Notes: generated from the sequence alone by a model not told the origin. A stretch of 64,000 nt of DNA from Deinococcus sp. (GCA_965261005.1 OZ253375.1:672001-736000), one strand, 5' to 3'. Positions 8,685 through 20,508 are shown, counted from the first letter of the stretch. Numbers and translations are program-made.

Positions 8685-11252
8685 AATGTCCTTCCTCTTT
8701 TTACAATTGCAATCCAATTTATACTATGTTGCTCAATTTTATTCCAACTCCAAACATTGTCCTCACCGGCAATACCATTTAATGATTCCGAAGTTTTTGA
8801 GTTCCATTTTAAAGTTCTCCATGCGACACCAGAAGAAATTTGTTCTTCGCCGTAAGGGTCATCAACTACTAACCCTTTATCGTTCATGCCTTGTACGCGC
8901 ACGATATGTCCATAAATGCTCATCGTGATTGCATTTCCAGCCGCCAACTCTGGAAGTACGGTACTTTCCCACCAGCCGCGCTTGTGCTGCTGTCCTCCAG
9001 AAGAGTGTGCGGACTTCAGCGCCCATTTCCTCCGCAACAACCTTCCACCCTTCATTCTGTTCACGGTGATACTTAACAGCAATCCTATTCTTTCCCGCTT
9101 GTGTCTGTTCTTTATCCATCAACCGATCTACGTACTGGCGGCGTACATCTTCAAGGTAATCCTCAAACTGTGGAAACTCTTTCGGCTTGGGATTCTCTAT
9201 GCCCAACGTCTCCAACGCCATAGACAGGGATGTAAGATTACACATAACGTCGGCAATCTTCGCGCCAATTCGCTTTCCATGTGGACCGAACGGCGTATTG
9301 AGTTCGTCTACCGCCCTGCCAATGCTCTGATTATTGCGTTGGTTATGATAGGGCGTTTTGGTTTGTAGCAGCAGATAAAGGTCGTGTTGTTTATTGTCAT
9401 CCAACTTCTCTATGGCCTGCCGGGCTGCTCTGATTTGGGCAATGCTGTAGTGCCGCAGGTGTCCTTTAAGACTAAGCAGCGCGTCCAGCGCGTCGGGCGT
9501 GCCCTCGCCGATCAGGGCCGATTCTGAAGCAGGGACCTCTTCAGCCGCTTGCTCCGGCTTGAATTGCTCGGCGACTGCTGTCTTGACTTGTGCGACTTCA
9601 AGCGCCGTGCGGTACAGCTTGTTTTGGAACTGTCCGTTCAGCTTGACCTGCTGCCCTTCGTAGCTGGCGCTGCCCTCGAAACGGGCGCCGTTCTCCTGGC
9701 CTTCCAGCACCACGCGCCCGTCAGCAGACAGCGAGCCACGCAACGACCACGCTCTCCCACCTTTCACGCTGTAACTTCCCTTCAGCTGCCCGTCCTCATG
9801 GCGCTCCAAATTGAATACGAAGGCGATGCCGCCCTCACCGCTCCCCTGAAGGCTGTGAACCCAACTTTGTCCGGGCTTCGGAGCGCTGGCTTGAGTTGGG
9901 GCTGAGGGAGCAGCCGGTACAGACACCGTGACGGGCGCTTCGGGCGCCGCCACCTGCGTTGGATCCTGGTTCATGGTGGCCGAGTAAATCTGCTCGCCGT
10001 GGTCTTTCACACGCGAATCCGACACCATGCGCCCTTTGCTCGGGTCCCAAACTTTGAAGGTCTCGCGCTCGATGTGACGGCTACGCTCGTCAATATTGGT
10101 GCCGAAGGTTTCGCGCCAATGCAGCCGCACCGCGTCGGCCGCTTCGACCGGGGTGATGTTGCCGTCCTTGTTGCTGTCCAGCCCCTTGTTGTTTTAGTAG
10201 CGCGTGGGGCTTCGCTGCTGGTTGGTCCATACGGCTTCATGGGCCTTGTTTGCGCTTCCACCCAAGTTCGCCATATACAACTCTTCCAGCGTGACCTGAC
10301 GCCCCTCTTTCTTCGCCCGCTCGACTGCCGCCGGCAAGCCGTGCTGTTTGAAATAGATTTCAATGTACTGAAGCTGCTCAACAGCGGATAAGTGGGGAAG
10401 CTCGTCCGCAGTCTCGACCTTGCGGCTTAATGTTTTGGAGTCATTACTTCTCAAAATACTTTCAAGCGCTCCATCACCAATCTGCGTCATGCCGTAATAG
10501 CCCAACTGGTTGTCGGCCTTGGGGTCCAGCCCCCTGGTGCCCCTGCGCCAGTCCGCAGATTCGTAAGCCATCACGGCCAGCAGCATGTCGCGCGGCACGC
10601 CCAAGCGCTGGGCCACGCGGCCGGCTTCTTCCAAAAAGCCGGCTTCCTGCAAGGCGGGCAGCTTGGCGGCCATCTTCGGGCTGATGGTCTCGGACCACGG
10701 CTTGGAAGGGACGGCGCCTTGCTCGGGATGACCCACCGCTTGCGCCGCCGCCCGCGTCTGCGGCTCTTCTCTTTTCACCTGAGCGCCCGCCGACCGCAGC
10801 TCGAAGTTGTCGAGCGCGACGCCGCCCTTGCGGAAGCGTTCGATCAGCAGGGTGTTGTCTCCGGTGTAGCGTCCGGTGAAGTGGGCGTCGTTGCTGAGTC
10901 CCTCCAGCGCGAAGCGGCCGTCCGTCCGAATGGTGCCTTCGAGGGGCCAACCTTCTTTGCTTCCACCCTGAGCGAAGTAGCGGGCGTCCAGCCGGCCGTC
11001 CGCCTGGCGGTGCAGCTGGAGACGAAAGGCAAACGCGCCTTGACCACCTTGAAAGTCGCGCGTCCAGCTTTGCTCGGCGGTCTTGAGCGGTGCGTTTGCC
11101 TGACCGTCGGTAAAGCGGTTCAGCGGCTCAGTCGACCCTGCCGAACTGAAGCGGCCAGCGCCGGGCGCAAAACGTGGCCGAAGAGGCGCCGAAGCTTGCT
11201 CGGTGGAACCCGATTCCAATTCACTTTGATCGCGCCGCATCACCTGACTCAT
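8681..11252 (-). pseudogene. Interrupted multidomain effector-like gene: beta-repeat + lysozyme/SLT-like domain + beta-repeat + C39-like peptidase
   Basis: ATG at 11252 with GGAGG RBS; in-frame TAA at 10194-10196 inside Y*NNKGLDSNKDGNIT; frameshift near 9000 separates Cys (MCNLTSLSMAL) from His/Asp (GHIV...VDDPYG). Confidence 0.75.
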
Positions 11253-11376
11253 GAGTCCTCCATGTGTATAAAGTGTAGCAGCGCGGACGCCGGCTGAGCG
11301 GTAAATTTGACCTCTTTCTCGTTTTTTCAAAGCAAGGCGCCCGGCACTCCATGTGCCGGGCGCGAAGAAGGTTGTC

Positions 11377-12663
11377 TCAGTCCATCGCGGCGGCCAGCAC
11401 CGGCTCGGGCTGGTAGGCGTGGGCGCCAATCGAGCGCAGGCGTTCGGCGAGGCGCTCGTAGCCGCGGTTGACGTACTGCATACCGTCGATGACGCTTTCG
11501 CCTTCGGCGGCCAGCGCCGCGACGAACAGGGCCGCGCCGGCGCGAATGTCGGCGGCGCGCACCGGGGCGCCGTGCAGGGGACCGCCCTGAATCACCTGGG
11601 TGTGTTCGCTCACCACGATCTGCGCGCCCATGCGGTTCAGCTCGACCACGTGCGTCAGGCGGTCGGCGTAGATCTTGTCCACCACGACGCTGGTGCCCGG
11701 CACGGTGGCGAGAAGGGCGCTCATCTGCGGCTGAAGGTCGGTGGGAAAGCCGGGAAATTCCAGCGCGGTCACGTTGGTGGGCCGCAGGGGCGCCGAGGAG
11801 GCGTCGAGCAGCATGCGGTCGCCGCTTTCCAGAATCACCACGCCCATCTCTTGCAGCTTGGCGCTCACCGCCTTGAGATGGGCGGGGCGCACGTTGGTCA
11901 GGGTCAGCTTGGAGCGCGTCGCGGCGGCGGCGATCATAAAGGTGCCCGCCTCGATGCGGTCGGGAATGACGCTGTACTCGCCGCCGCGCAATCCGCGCAC
12001 ACCCCGCACGACAATGGTGTTGGTACCGGCGCCCTCGATGTCGGCCCCGAGGCTGTTGAGAAAGTTCACCAAATCCACCACGTCGGTGTCAATGGAGGCG
12101 TTGTCGAGCTGCACCCGGCCGCTTCCCAGCACGGCGGCCAGGATGGCGTTCTGGGTGGCGCCGACCGTCAGCATCTCAAATACGTAGCTGCCCGAGAGGG
12201 GGCGCACCCGGCGGCCGTGAAACGAGCCGCCCTCCTCCTCAAGCTCGGCGCCGAGGGCGCGAAAGACCTTGACGTGCTGGTCCACCGGCCGGTGCCCGAA
12301 AGCGCAACCTCCCGGCATGCTGACCTTGGCCTCGCCGGTGCGCGCCAGCAGCGCGCCCATCACGATGAACGACGCGCGCATCTTGCTCACCAGGGCGTAG
12401 GGCGTCTCGATGGACACGATTTCGGGCGTGTGCAACACCAGCGAGTTGGGGCCGACCCAGGCGGCGCGCGTGCCCAGGTGCGACACGATCTCCAAAATGG
12501 TGTAGATGTCGCTCAACCGTGGAATCCCGTGCAGCGTGACCGGCTCGGCGCTCAGCAAGCTCGCCACGATAATGGGCAGCGCGGCGTTTTTGCTGGGCTG
12601 AATGTCGAGTTCGCCGGAAAGCGGGACGCTGCCGGTCACGTGCAGGGGGCTGAGGTGGAGCAT
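11377..12663 (-). CDS. murA: UDP-N-acetylglucosamine 1-carboxyvinyltransferase
   Basis: SKNAALP, MRASF, PGGCAFGHRPVDQH, PDRIEAGTF, PGFPTDLQP, DIRAGAAL; start set at ATG 12663 after an RBS. Confidence 0.97.
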   Translation of the reverse strand: MLHLSPLHVTGSVPLSGELDIQPSKNAALPIIVASLLSAEPVTLHGIPRLSDIYTILEIVSHLGTRAAWVGPNSLVLHTPEIVSIETPYALVSKMRASFIVMGALLARTGEAKVSMPGGCAFGHRPVDQHVKVFRALGAELEEEGGSFHGRRVRPLSGSYVFEMLTVGATQNAILAAVLGSGRVQLDNASIDTDVVDLVNFLNSLGADIEGAGTNTIVVRGVRGLRGGEYSVIPDRIEAGTFMIAAAATRSKLTLTNVRPAHLKAVSAKLQEMGVVILESGDRMLLDASSAPLRPTNVTALEFPGFPTDLQPQMSALLATVPGTSVVVDKIYADRLTHVVELNRMGAQIVVSEHTQVIQGGPLHGAPVRAADIRAGAALFVAALAAEGESVIDGMQYVNRGYERLAERLRSIGAHAYQPEPVLAAAMD

Positions 12664-12942
12664 GGGGCTTCCTTTCAAACGCGGGGCGCGGGCGCCAGAT
12701 CGAAAAATTTTTAGGGAGGTTGGGGAGAAGGTGAGACGCCATACGGGGCATCTGAGTGGCATCTTACACATCATACTCACGTGCGTCTAGTGCGGCGTGT
12801 CAGGTCGTGTTGTCGCTACACACCCGGCATGCTAGGCTGACAGCGCTTAACGCACGCGTCGGCGCGCGTTCAGACGGCGGGCAGGGTCAGCATAAAGGAC
12901 GCGGCCGAACAACGCCAAAGTACGTGAACTCGGGAGCGCCGT

Positions 12943-13164
12943 ATGCCGAAAAAGGAACGCAAACGCTTGCAGGTGGTGATTTCGGAACAGCAAGACGCCT
13001 TGCTGACCAAAACCGCTTACGAGCTGTCCAGCCCAGAACGGCTGATCTCGAAAAGTGAGGTGGTGCGCCTCGCCATCGAAAAAATTGCCCGTGAACTCGG
13101 TGAGGGCGAGCCGCTCGACGACTACCGCAACCTGCTCGAAGACGACAGCGTCAAGGACGAGTGA
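12943..13164 (+). CDS. Small ribbon-helix-helix-like DNA-binding protein
   Basis: RKRLQVVIS strand followed by helices and SKSEVVRLAIE; sits just upstream of the kinase gene. Confidence 0.7.
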   Translation: MPKKERKRLQVVISEQQDALLTKTAYELSSPERLISKSEVVRLAIEKIARELGEGEPLDDYRNLLEDDSVKDE

Positions 13165-13184
13165 GACGGGCGTAAACTGAGGGC

Positions 13185-15104
13185 ATGACCGCCCGAACCG
13201 ACTTACCGTTTTCGGTTGGCGCCCGGTACGTGCTCGGCGACTTGATCGGCGAGGGGGGCAGCGCCAAGGTATACCGGGCCACCGACGCCGCTTTGGGGCG
13301 CGAGGTGGCCGTCAAGCTGCTGCACGAACACGTGCTGGACAACGACCGGCGGCGCTTTGAGCGAGAGATTCGCACGCTGGCGCGCGTGACCCATCCCGGC
13401 GTGGTGACCATCCACGACCTCGGGTACGACGCTTCGGGACGGCTTTTTTTTGTTATGCAGCTGTTGCTGGGCGGACCGATCAACGTGCTCGGACCGCTGG
13501 AAGACCACCCAGAAAGTTTGCGGCGTTTCTGCTCGGCAGGCGCCTTTGTGGCGCGCGCGCTGGACCACGTGCACGCACGCGGCGTCGTGCACCGCGACTT
13601 GACGCCGCACAACGTCTTGCTGGGTGAGGACGGCGTGCCGCGGGTGATGGACTTCGGGCTGGTCTACCTGTCCGAGGGCACCCGCGACTTGACCCGCGCC
13701 GGCTACACGCTGGGCACGCCGCAATACATGGCCCCCGAGCAGGCGCGCGGCGGCGAGGTGGGGCCGCACAGCGATCTCTACGCGCTGGGGGCGGTGCTGT
13801 ACCGGGTGGCCACCGGACGGGCGCCCTTTGAGGGCGAGAGCGACCAGGCGGTGCTGTACCAACACGTCTACGAGGCGCCCGCGCCGCCAGAGGCGCACAA
13901 CCCGGCAGTGCCAGAGGCGCTGTCGCGCGTGCTGCTGCGTCTGCTCGAAAAAGACCCCAGGCGGCGCCCGGCGAGCGGCGAGGAGACGGCCAGACTGCTC
14001 GAAGGGGTGACGGCCGAGGTCGCGCGCGAGCAGGCCGGGGGGCAGTTTCGCGGCGGACGCGCGCGAACGGGCGAGCACGCCAGCGGCCCCGCCGACGCCC
14101 GCCGGTTGCGCCAAGAGTGGCAGGTGCAGCTAGGCGGCGAGGTCACTTGGCCGGCGGCCGTGACCGCGAACGGCGCCTTGATCGCGGTGGGGACCCGGCG
14201 CAGCAAGCTGTGCCTGGTGGACAAGTCGGGGCGCCGCTACGCCGATTTACCCGCCGGCGACGAGGTGACCGCGCCCGCCACCCTGCACGCCGGCCTGGCC
14301 ATTTACGGCGCTTGGGACGGGCAGGTGCGCGCCACCGAGCTGAGCAGCGGCCTCGTGCGCTGGCGCTGGCAAGCGCGCGCCGAGGTGACGGGAGCGCCCA
14401 CATTGTGGGGAGACGGCTGCCTGATTCCCTCGCGTGACGGCCATCTGCACTGCCTGAACGCGGGAAGCGGTGAGCTGCTGTGGGCCTACCGCGCCGGCAG
14501 CCCCATCGCGGCCAGCCCAGCGCTGTGGGCCGGACACGCCTTCGTCGCCGACGAGGACGGCTGGCTGCACGCCGTCAACGCCCTGAGCGGCGCCCCCCTG
14601 TGGAAAGTTCAGCTGAGCACCGTTCACGCCACCCCCGCCATTGTGGCGCCGGGGGAGCCTGAGCGGGGGGCGGTCCTGATCGTGCCCACTTGGCAAGGCG
14701 AGGTGCAGGCGCTGCACCTCACGCTGCGCGGCGGCCTGCCCAGCCTTGCCGACGACGCGCTGTGGACCTACGACCTTGAGGACGAAGTGTGGGCCTCGCC
14801 GGCGGCGGACGCCGGGCGGGTCTACTTGGCGACATGGGGCGGGAAGGTGCAGGCCCTCAGTCTGCCCGGGGCCGACGAGCTGTGGTCGCGGCAGCTGGAG
14901 GGCCGCGTCACGGCCAGCCCGGTGCTCAGCGGAGACGTCCTCTACCTGGCCAGCGAGGCGGGCGAGGTGGTCGCCCTCAGCGCCCTGAGCGGCGAAACGC
15001 TGTGGTCAGCGCGCTTCGAGGAAGGTGTGCAGGCCACGCCGCTGGTCCACGAGGGCGCTCTCTACGTCGCCTTTATGAACGGTTCCTTAAGACGCTTTGC
15101 TTGA
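13185..15104 (+). CDS. rqkA: Ser/Thr protein kinase with C-terminal PQQ-type beta-propeller (RqkA-like)
   Basis: [34 protein letters not shown]; repeated G..LW PQQ motifs in the C-terminal half; architecture of Deinococcus RqkA. Confidence 0.8.
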   Translation: MTARTDLPFSVGARYVLGDLIGEGGSAKVYRATDAALGREVAVKLLHEHVLDNDRRRFEREIRTLARVTHPGVVTIHDLGYDASGRLFFVMQLLLGGPINVLGPLEDHPESLRRFCSAGAFVARALDHVHARGVVHRDLTPHNVLLGEDGVPRVMDFGLVYLSEGTRDLTRAGYTLGTPQYMAPEQARGGEVGPHSDLYALGAVLYRVATGRAPFEGESDQAVLYQHVYEAPAPPEAHNPAVPEALSRVLLRLLEKDPRRRPASGEETARLLEGVTAEVAREQAGGQFRGGRARTGEHASGPADARRLRQEWQVQLGGEVTWPAAVTANGALIAVGTRRSKLCLVDKSGRRYADLPAGDEVTAPATLHAGLAIYGAWDGQVRATELSSGLVRWRWQARAEVTGAPTLWGDGCLIPSRDGHLHCLNAGSGELLWAYRAGSPIAASPALWAGHAFVADEDGWLHAVNALSGAPLWKVQLSTVHATPAIVAPGEPERGAVLIVPTWQGEVQALHLTLRGGLPSLADDALWTYDLEDEVWASPAADAGRVYLATWGGKVQALSLPGADELWSRQLEGRVTASPVLSGDVLYLASEAGEVVALSALSGETLWSARFEEGVQATPLVHEGALYVAFMNGSLRRFA

Positions 15105-15209
15105 ACTGTCGTCGGGCAGCCCATCCAATTTCACGGTGACGTTCATATCATCCGAGTAAAATAGGCGGGTTAGGAAGTGCCCGCGTTTCACGTTCTCCAG
15201 GAGGTTGAT

Positions 15210-15521
15210 ATGTTTGGTCTCGGCGCCCCCGAACTCATCATTATTTTGGTCGTCGCGTTGATTATCTTCGGTCCCAAGAAGTTGCCCGAACTGGGCAAGA
15301 GCCTGGGTCAGGGCATCCGCGAGTTCAGGCGCGGCACCTCGGGCTTGAAAGAGGAGTTGGAGTCGAGCTTCCGGGACGAGCCGGTCAGCACGCAGGCCGT
15401 CAGTACCCAAGCCGTCAGTACCAAGCCGAACGCGACCACCGTGCTCGCGCCCGAAGCTGCCCCAGAAGTCGCCGCCCCAGAAGTCAAGGAGCCGGAAGCG
15501 CAGCAGCGCACCCAGGCCTAA
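15210..15521 (+). CDS. tatA: Twin-arginine translocase TatA
   Basis: [48 protein letters not shown]. Confidence 0.95.
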   Translation: MFGLGAPELIIILVVALIIFGPKKLPELGKSLGQGIREFRRGTSGLKEELESSFRDEPVSTQAVSTQAVSTKPNATTVLAPEAAPEVAAPEVKEPEAQQRTQA

Positions 15522-15532
15522 AGACCGGAGGC

Positions 15533-15570
15533 GAAGGGGCGCGGAAAGCTGATCCGCGCCCCTCTTCTTT
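15533..15570 (+). terminator. Intrinsic terminator after tatA
   Basis: AGGGGCGCGGA...TCCGCGCCCCT followed by CTTCTTT. Confidence 0.65.
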
Positions 15571-15600
15571 GGCCCTCCAGTTTTGACCCTACAATGGTCC

Positions 15601-16215
15601 GTGCCAAGCCCTCATCTGCTCGACCCGAATTACCTGATTCAGACCTTCTCCTACCTGGGCTTGCTGCTGGTCGTGTTCGCGGAAACCGGGCTGCTGGTGG
15701 GCTTTTTTCTGCCCGGCGATACCCTGCTGCTGACGGGCGGGGTATTCGCCGCGCACAGCACCCTTAGCTTGTGGGCGGTGTGTTTGGCTTGCTTCGTGGG
15801 GGCAGTTCTCGGTAACAGCGTCGGGTACTGGATCGGTTGGCGCTTCGGGGCGGCGGTCTTTTCGCGCCCCGAGAGCCGCCTGTTTCGGCCGGAGTACGTG
15901 GAGCAGGCGCGCGCCGCCTTTGACCGTTACGGGCCGCTGGCGCTGGTGGTGTCGCGCTTCGTGCCGATTCTGCGCACCTTCGTGCCCACCATGGCGGGCG
16001 CCGGGCGCATGAACTTTTCTCTTTTCACGGTCTACAACCTGCTGGGGGCGCTGCTATGGACCGTAGCCATTCCGGTCCTCGGCTATACCCTGGGGCGGCT
16101 TATCCCGGCGGAGGTGCTCGACCGCTACATCCTGTTGCTGGTCGGCGCGGTGGTGGTGGTGTCGCTGCTGGGGGTGGGCCTCGCCTTGCTGCGCCGGCCC
16201 AGAAGGGGGGGCTGA
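15601..16215 (+). CDS. DedA family membrane protein
   Basis: [31 protein letters not shown] start just after a TACAAT -10. Confidence 0.9.
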   Translation: MPSPHLLDPNYLIQTFSYLGLLLVVFAETGLLVGFFLPGDTLLLTGGVFAAHSTLSLWAVCLACFVGAVLGNSVGYWIGWRFGAAVFSRPESRLFRPEYVEQARAAFDRYGPLALVVSRFVPILRTFVPTMAGAGRMNFSLFTVYNLLGALLWTVAIPVLGYTLGRLIPAEVLDRYILLLVGAVVVVSLLGVGLALLRRPRRGG

Positions 16216-16292
16216 GCGCATCTGCGCCCCACCGGCGCGCGCCCTTCGCTAGCATATCGGTATGTCTGTCCTTTCCCCGCAGGTTCCCTAGC

Positions 16293-17791
<1,499 letters not shown>

Positions 17792-17795
<4 letters not shown>

Positions 17796-18028
17796 CCCTG
17801 ACCGTCCTCGTCGGGGCCGCTGCCCTCGCTGGCGTTCAGGGCCGTGGCGCGCGGGGCGCCCACCGCCGGCTCCTGAAACAAGTTGCTGCTGACCACCGGC
17901 GTGAAGCCGACCTCACCGTCCGCTTGATCGCTCTGGGCGCCGGGGTTCACGCGGTTGCCCTCCGAACGCTCCACCTCCTCGACCGATTTGCCCAGCGGCG
18001 GAATGTGGTCCAGCTTGTCCTCGGCCAC
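17792..18028 (-). CDS. Small acidic hypothetical protein, paralog 3 of a tandem triplet
   Basis: GTG start; [28 protein letters not shown], nearly identical N-terminus to paralog 2. Confidence 0.7.
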
Positions 18029-18029
18029 C

Positions 18030-18305
18030 TTAAGCCTCGCCGTTGTCGGTCGGTTCATCCTGGTTGGAGCGGCCTTGGCCGTCCTCCGGGACTTCTCCGA
18101 TCACGCCCGGCCACAGCGCCGCCCCGCCGCCGGGCGTCACGCCGCCCGTCGTCCCGGTGTTGACGACGGGAATCGGCACGACCACGCCTTCACCTTGCAG
18201 CCGCTCGCCGGGCGTGCTGGGGTTGACGCGGTTGCCGCTCTCACCCTCGATTTCTCCGACCGACTTGCCCAATGGGGGAATGTGGTCCAACTTGTCCTCG
18301 GCCAT
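18030..18305 (-). CDS. Small acidic hypothetical protein, paralog 2 of a tandem triplet
   Basis: [39 protein letters not shown]. Confidence 0.7.
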   Translation of the reverse strand: MAEDKLDHIPPLGKSVGEIEGESGNRVNPSTPGERLQGEGVVVPIPVVNTGTTGGVTPGGGAALWPGVIGEVPEDGQGRSNQDEPTDNGEA

Positions 18306-18307
18306 CT

Positions 18308-18574
18308 TCAACCCTCCTCGGAACTGTCGCGCTCGGTGTCGGCACGGTCGGCGTGGGTGTCGGCACCCCGCGCGTCTCCCAGCAGCGGGCTGACCGTGCC
18401 GCGCGCCGCCATGGGGGAACCTTCCGACGAACCCATCGCCGGAATGGGGGGCAGGGCGTCCTCCTGTCGCATGGCCTCGCCGGGCACGCTGGGGTTGGTG
18501 CGGTTGCCTTCGTCCGCCTCGATCTGCTCGACCGACGGACCGAGCGGCTTGCTGTCCCGATCTGAGTTGTCCAT
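18308..18574 (-). CDS. Small acidic hypothetical protein, paralog 1 of a tandem triplet
   Basis: MDNSDRDSKPLGPSVEQIEADEGNRTNP shares the motif of the other two. Confidence 0.7.
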   Translation of the reverse strand: MDNSDRDSKPLGPSVEQIEADEGNRTNPSVPGEAMRQEDALPPIPAMGSSEGSPMAARGTVSPLLGDARGADTHADRADTERDSSEEG

Positions 18575-18748
18575 AAGCCCAAGGTAAAGCCTGGGCTTTG
18601 ATGGTTTTGAAGAACGCCTGAGTTGTGAGGCGCGAGGCAGACGCGCTTGTCGGTTTCTTAAAGCGGGTCTCTTGAGACAACCTTTAAACCGCGCCCCCCT
18701 CACGGCGAGCATTTCATCTGGCGTTTATGCTCGCGGCGGAGGTTCACC

Positions 18749-19483
18749 ATGAACAGGATTTTTGCGACCGGCACGCTGCTGCTCTCCTCGCTGGCGCTGG
18801 GCCAAGCCGTCAAGGGCAACGCCATTGACATTCAGAGCGGCGGCAAGGCTTACGCCTCGTACCTGGCGGCGCCCGCAACGGGCGCGACCAAAAAGCCGGC
18901 CATCGTGCTGATCCACTCGTTCAACGGGCTGGAGCAGGGCTACAAGGACATGACCGACGACCTCGCGAACCAGGGCTACGTCACGCTGGCCCTCGGCTGG
19001 CAGACCTTTGAAAAGGAGCCGAGCGACGCGGTCGTGAAGCAATTGATCGAGGACGGCCTGACCTACCTAGGGACCCGCGACGACGTGAACGTGCAGAACG
19101 TCGGCCTGACCGGCTTTTGCGCGGGCGGACGCTACACCATGCTGTTTTTGCCACAGCTGAAGCAGTTCAAGTCGGGCGCCGCTTGGTACGGCTTCCCCAA
19201 CCAGGGCGGCACCGACCTCAAGCCACAAAAGCCGCTGGACGTGCTGGGCCAGCTGAGCGTCCCGATGCTGATTCTGCACGGAACAAAAGACCAAGCCTCC
19301 CCCATCGCGGGCATTTACGACTACGCCCAGAAGCTTGACGCAGCCGGCAAGTTCTATGAGCTGAACGTCTATCAAGGGGAGCCGCACGGCTTTTACCTGA
19401 GGGACGGCTTGGTGGCCGACACCTTCGCCGCCAGGGAGGCCCGCGACGGCATGCTCAGCTTCTTCAACAAGACGCTGAAGTGA
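18749..19483 (+). CDS. Dienelactone hydrolase family protein, secreted
   Basis: Signal peptide; GFCAGG nucleophile elbow, HGTKD, PHGF. Confidence 0.9.
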   Translation: MNRIFATGTLLLSSLALGQAVKGNAIDIQSGGKAYASYLAAPATGATKKPAIVLIHSFNGLEQGYKDMTDDLANQGYVTLALGWQTFEKEPSDAVVKQLIEDGLTYLGTRDDVNVQNVGLTGFCAGGRYTMLFLPQLKQFKSGAAWYGFPNQGGTDLKPQKPLDVLGQLSVPMLILHGTKDQASPIAGIYDYAQKLDAAGKFYELNVYQGEPHGFYLRDGLVADTFAAREARDGMLSFFNKTLK

Positions 19484-19585
19484 GCCAGACTTGATACGGT
19501 AAGCATCAAGTAATCTGATTAAACGGCGTCAGGAATGGTCGCCCCGTCCTATTGTTGGGGCGGGCGATTTTTCTAGAATGGGCGG

Positions 19586-20506
19586 ATGACGCAGGCATCC
19601 TATTTGATTCGCGGCACGGCGGCGCAGGACACGCTGCGGGTGCTGGCGGTGGACTTGACGGCGGTGGCCGAGGAGGCGCGGGACCGCTTCGACCTCAGCG
19701 CGACCGCGAGCGCGGCGCTGGGCCGCACGCTGGCCGGCTCGCTGCTGCTGGCACAGGTGTTTGCCAAGGACGATGGGGACGGGCGCGAGCGGGTGACCGT
19801 GCGCATTCAGGGGGACGGTCCCATCGGCTGGATTGTGGCCGAAGGCAGCGCCAACGGGGACGTGCGCGGCTACGTCAAGAGTCCCCACGCCGAGTTGCCG
19901 CCGCGCCCAGAGGACGGCAAGCTGGACGTGCGCGGTTTGATTGGGCGAGGGGACATCGCCGTGACACGCCTGCTGGAGAACGCCGAGCCGTACACCGGCA
20001 GCGTGGAACTGGTCAGCGGCGAGATCGCCGAGGACTTCGCCTACTACCTGGGCCACTCCGAGCAGATTCCCAGCGCCGTGCTGCTGGGCGTCTACGTGCA
20101 AGGGGGGCGGGTGACCCACGCGGGCGGTTTGCTGGTGCAGGCGATGCCGGGGGCGAGCGAGAAGGTGCTGGCCCAGTTGGAGGCCAACATCAAGCGGATG
20201 GGGCCGATCACCGACAACCTGCGCCAAGGTTCCATTCTGGCCGCCGCTCAGCGCGCGACCGAGGGCCTGGGCTTGCAGCTTCAGCCTGACGCGCTGGGCG
20301 TGCAGCTGAGGTGCCGCTGCTCCGAGGAGCGGGCGCTGGCGTCGCTGGCGTACTTCGGGCCGGAGGAGCGCCAGGAGATGATCGAGGACGGCGGGCAGGA
20401 GGTCGTGTGCCACTGGTGCGGGGTCAAGTACCACATCACCCCTGAGCAGATTCGCGAGTTGGACGATCACACGGACAGGCCGGCAGCGGTGAGCGTTCAG
20501 GCGTAA
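19586..20506 (+). CDS. hslO: Hsp33 redox-regulated chaperone
   Basis: [24 protein letters not shown], Zn ligands CRC and CHWC. Confidence 0.95.
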   Translation: MTQASYLIRGTAAQDTLRVLAVDLTAVAEEARDRFDLSATASAALGRTLAGSLLLAQVFAKDDGDGRERVTVRIQGDGPIGWIVAEGSANGDVRGYVKSPHAELPPRPEDGKLDVRGLIGRGDIAVTRLLENAEPYTGSVELVSGEIAEDFAYYLGHSEQIPSAVLLGVYVQGGRVTHAGGLLVQAMPGASEKVLAQLEANIKRMGPITDNLRQGSILAAAQRATEGLGLQLQPDALGVQLRCRCSEERALASLAYFGPEERQEMIEDGGQEVVCHWCGVKYHITPEQIRELDDHTDRPAAVSVQA

Positions 20507-20508
20507 GG

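Noticed and set aside
5200..11252. A complete eCIS, T6SS or prophage
   Set aside because: No structural tail, sheath, baseplate, capsid or membrane-complex genes in the window
12664..12942. Radiation/desiccation response motif (RDRM) near the kinase operon
   Set aside because: No convincing 17-bp RDRM-like palindrome found by eye
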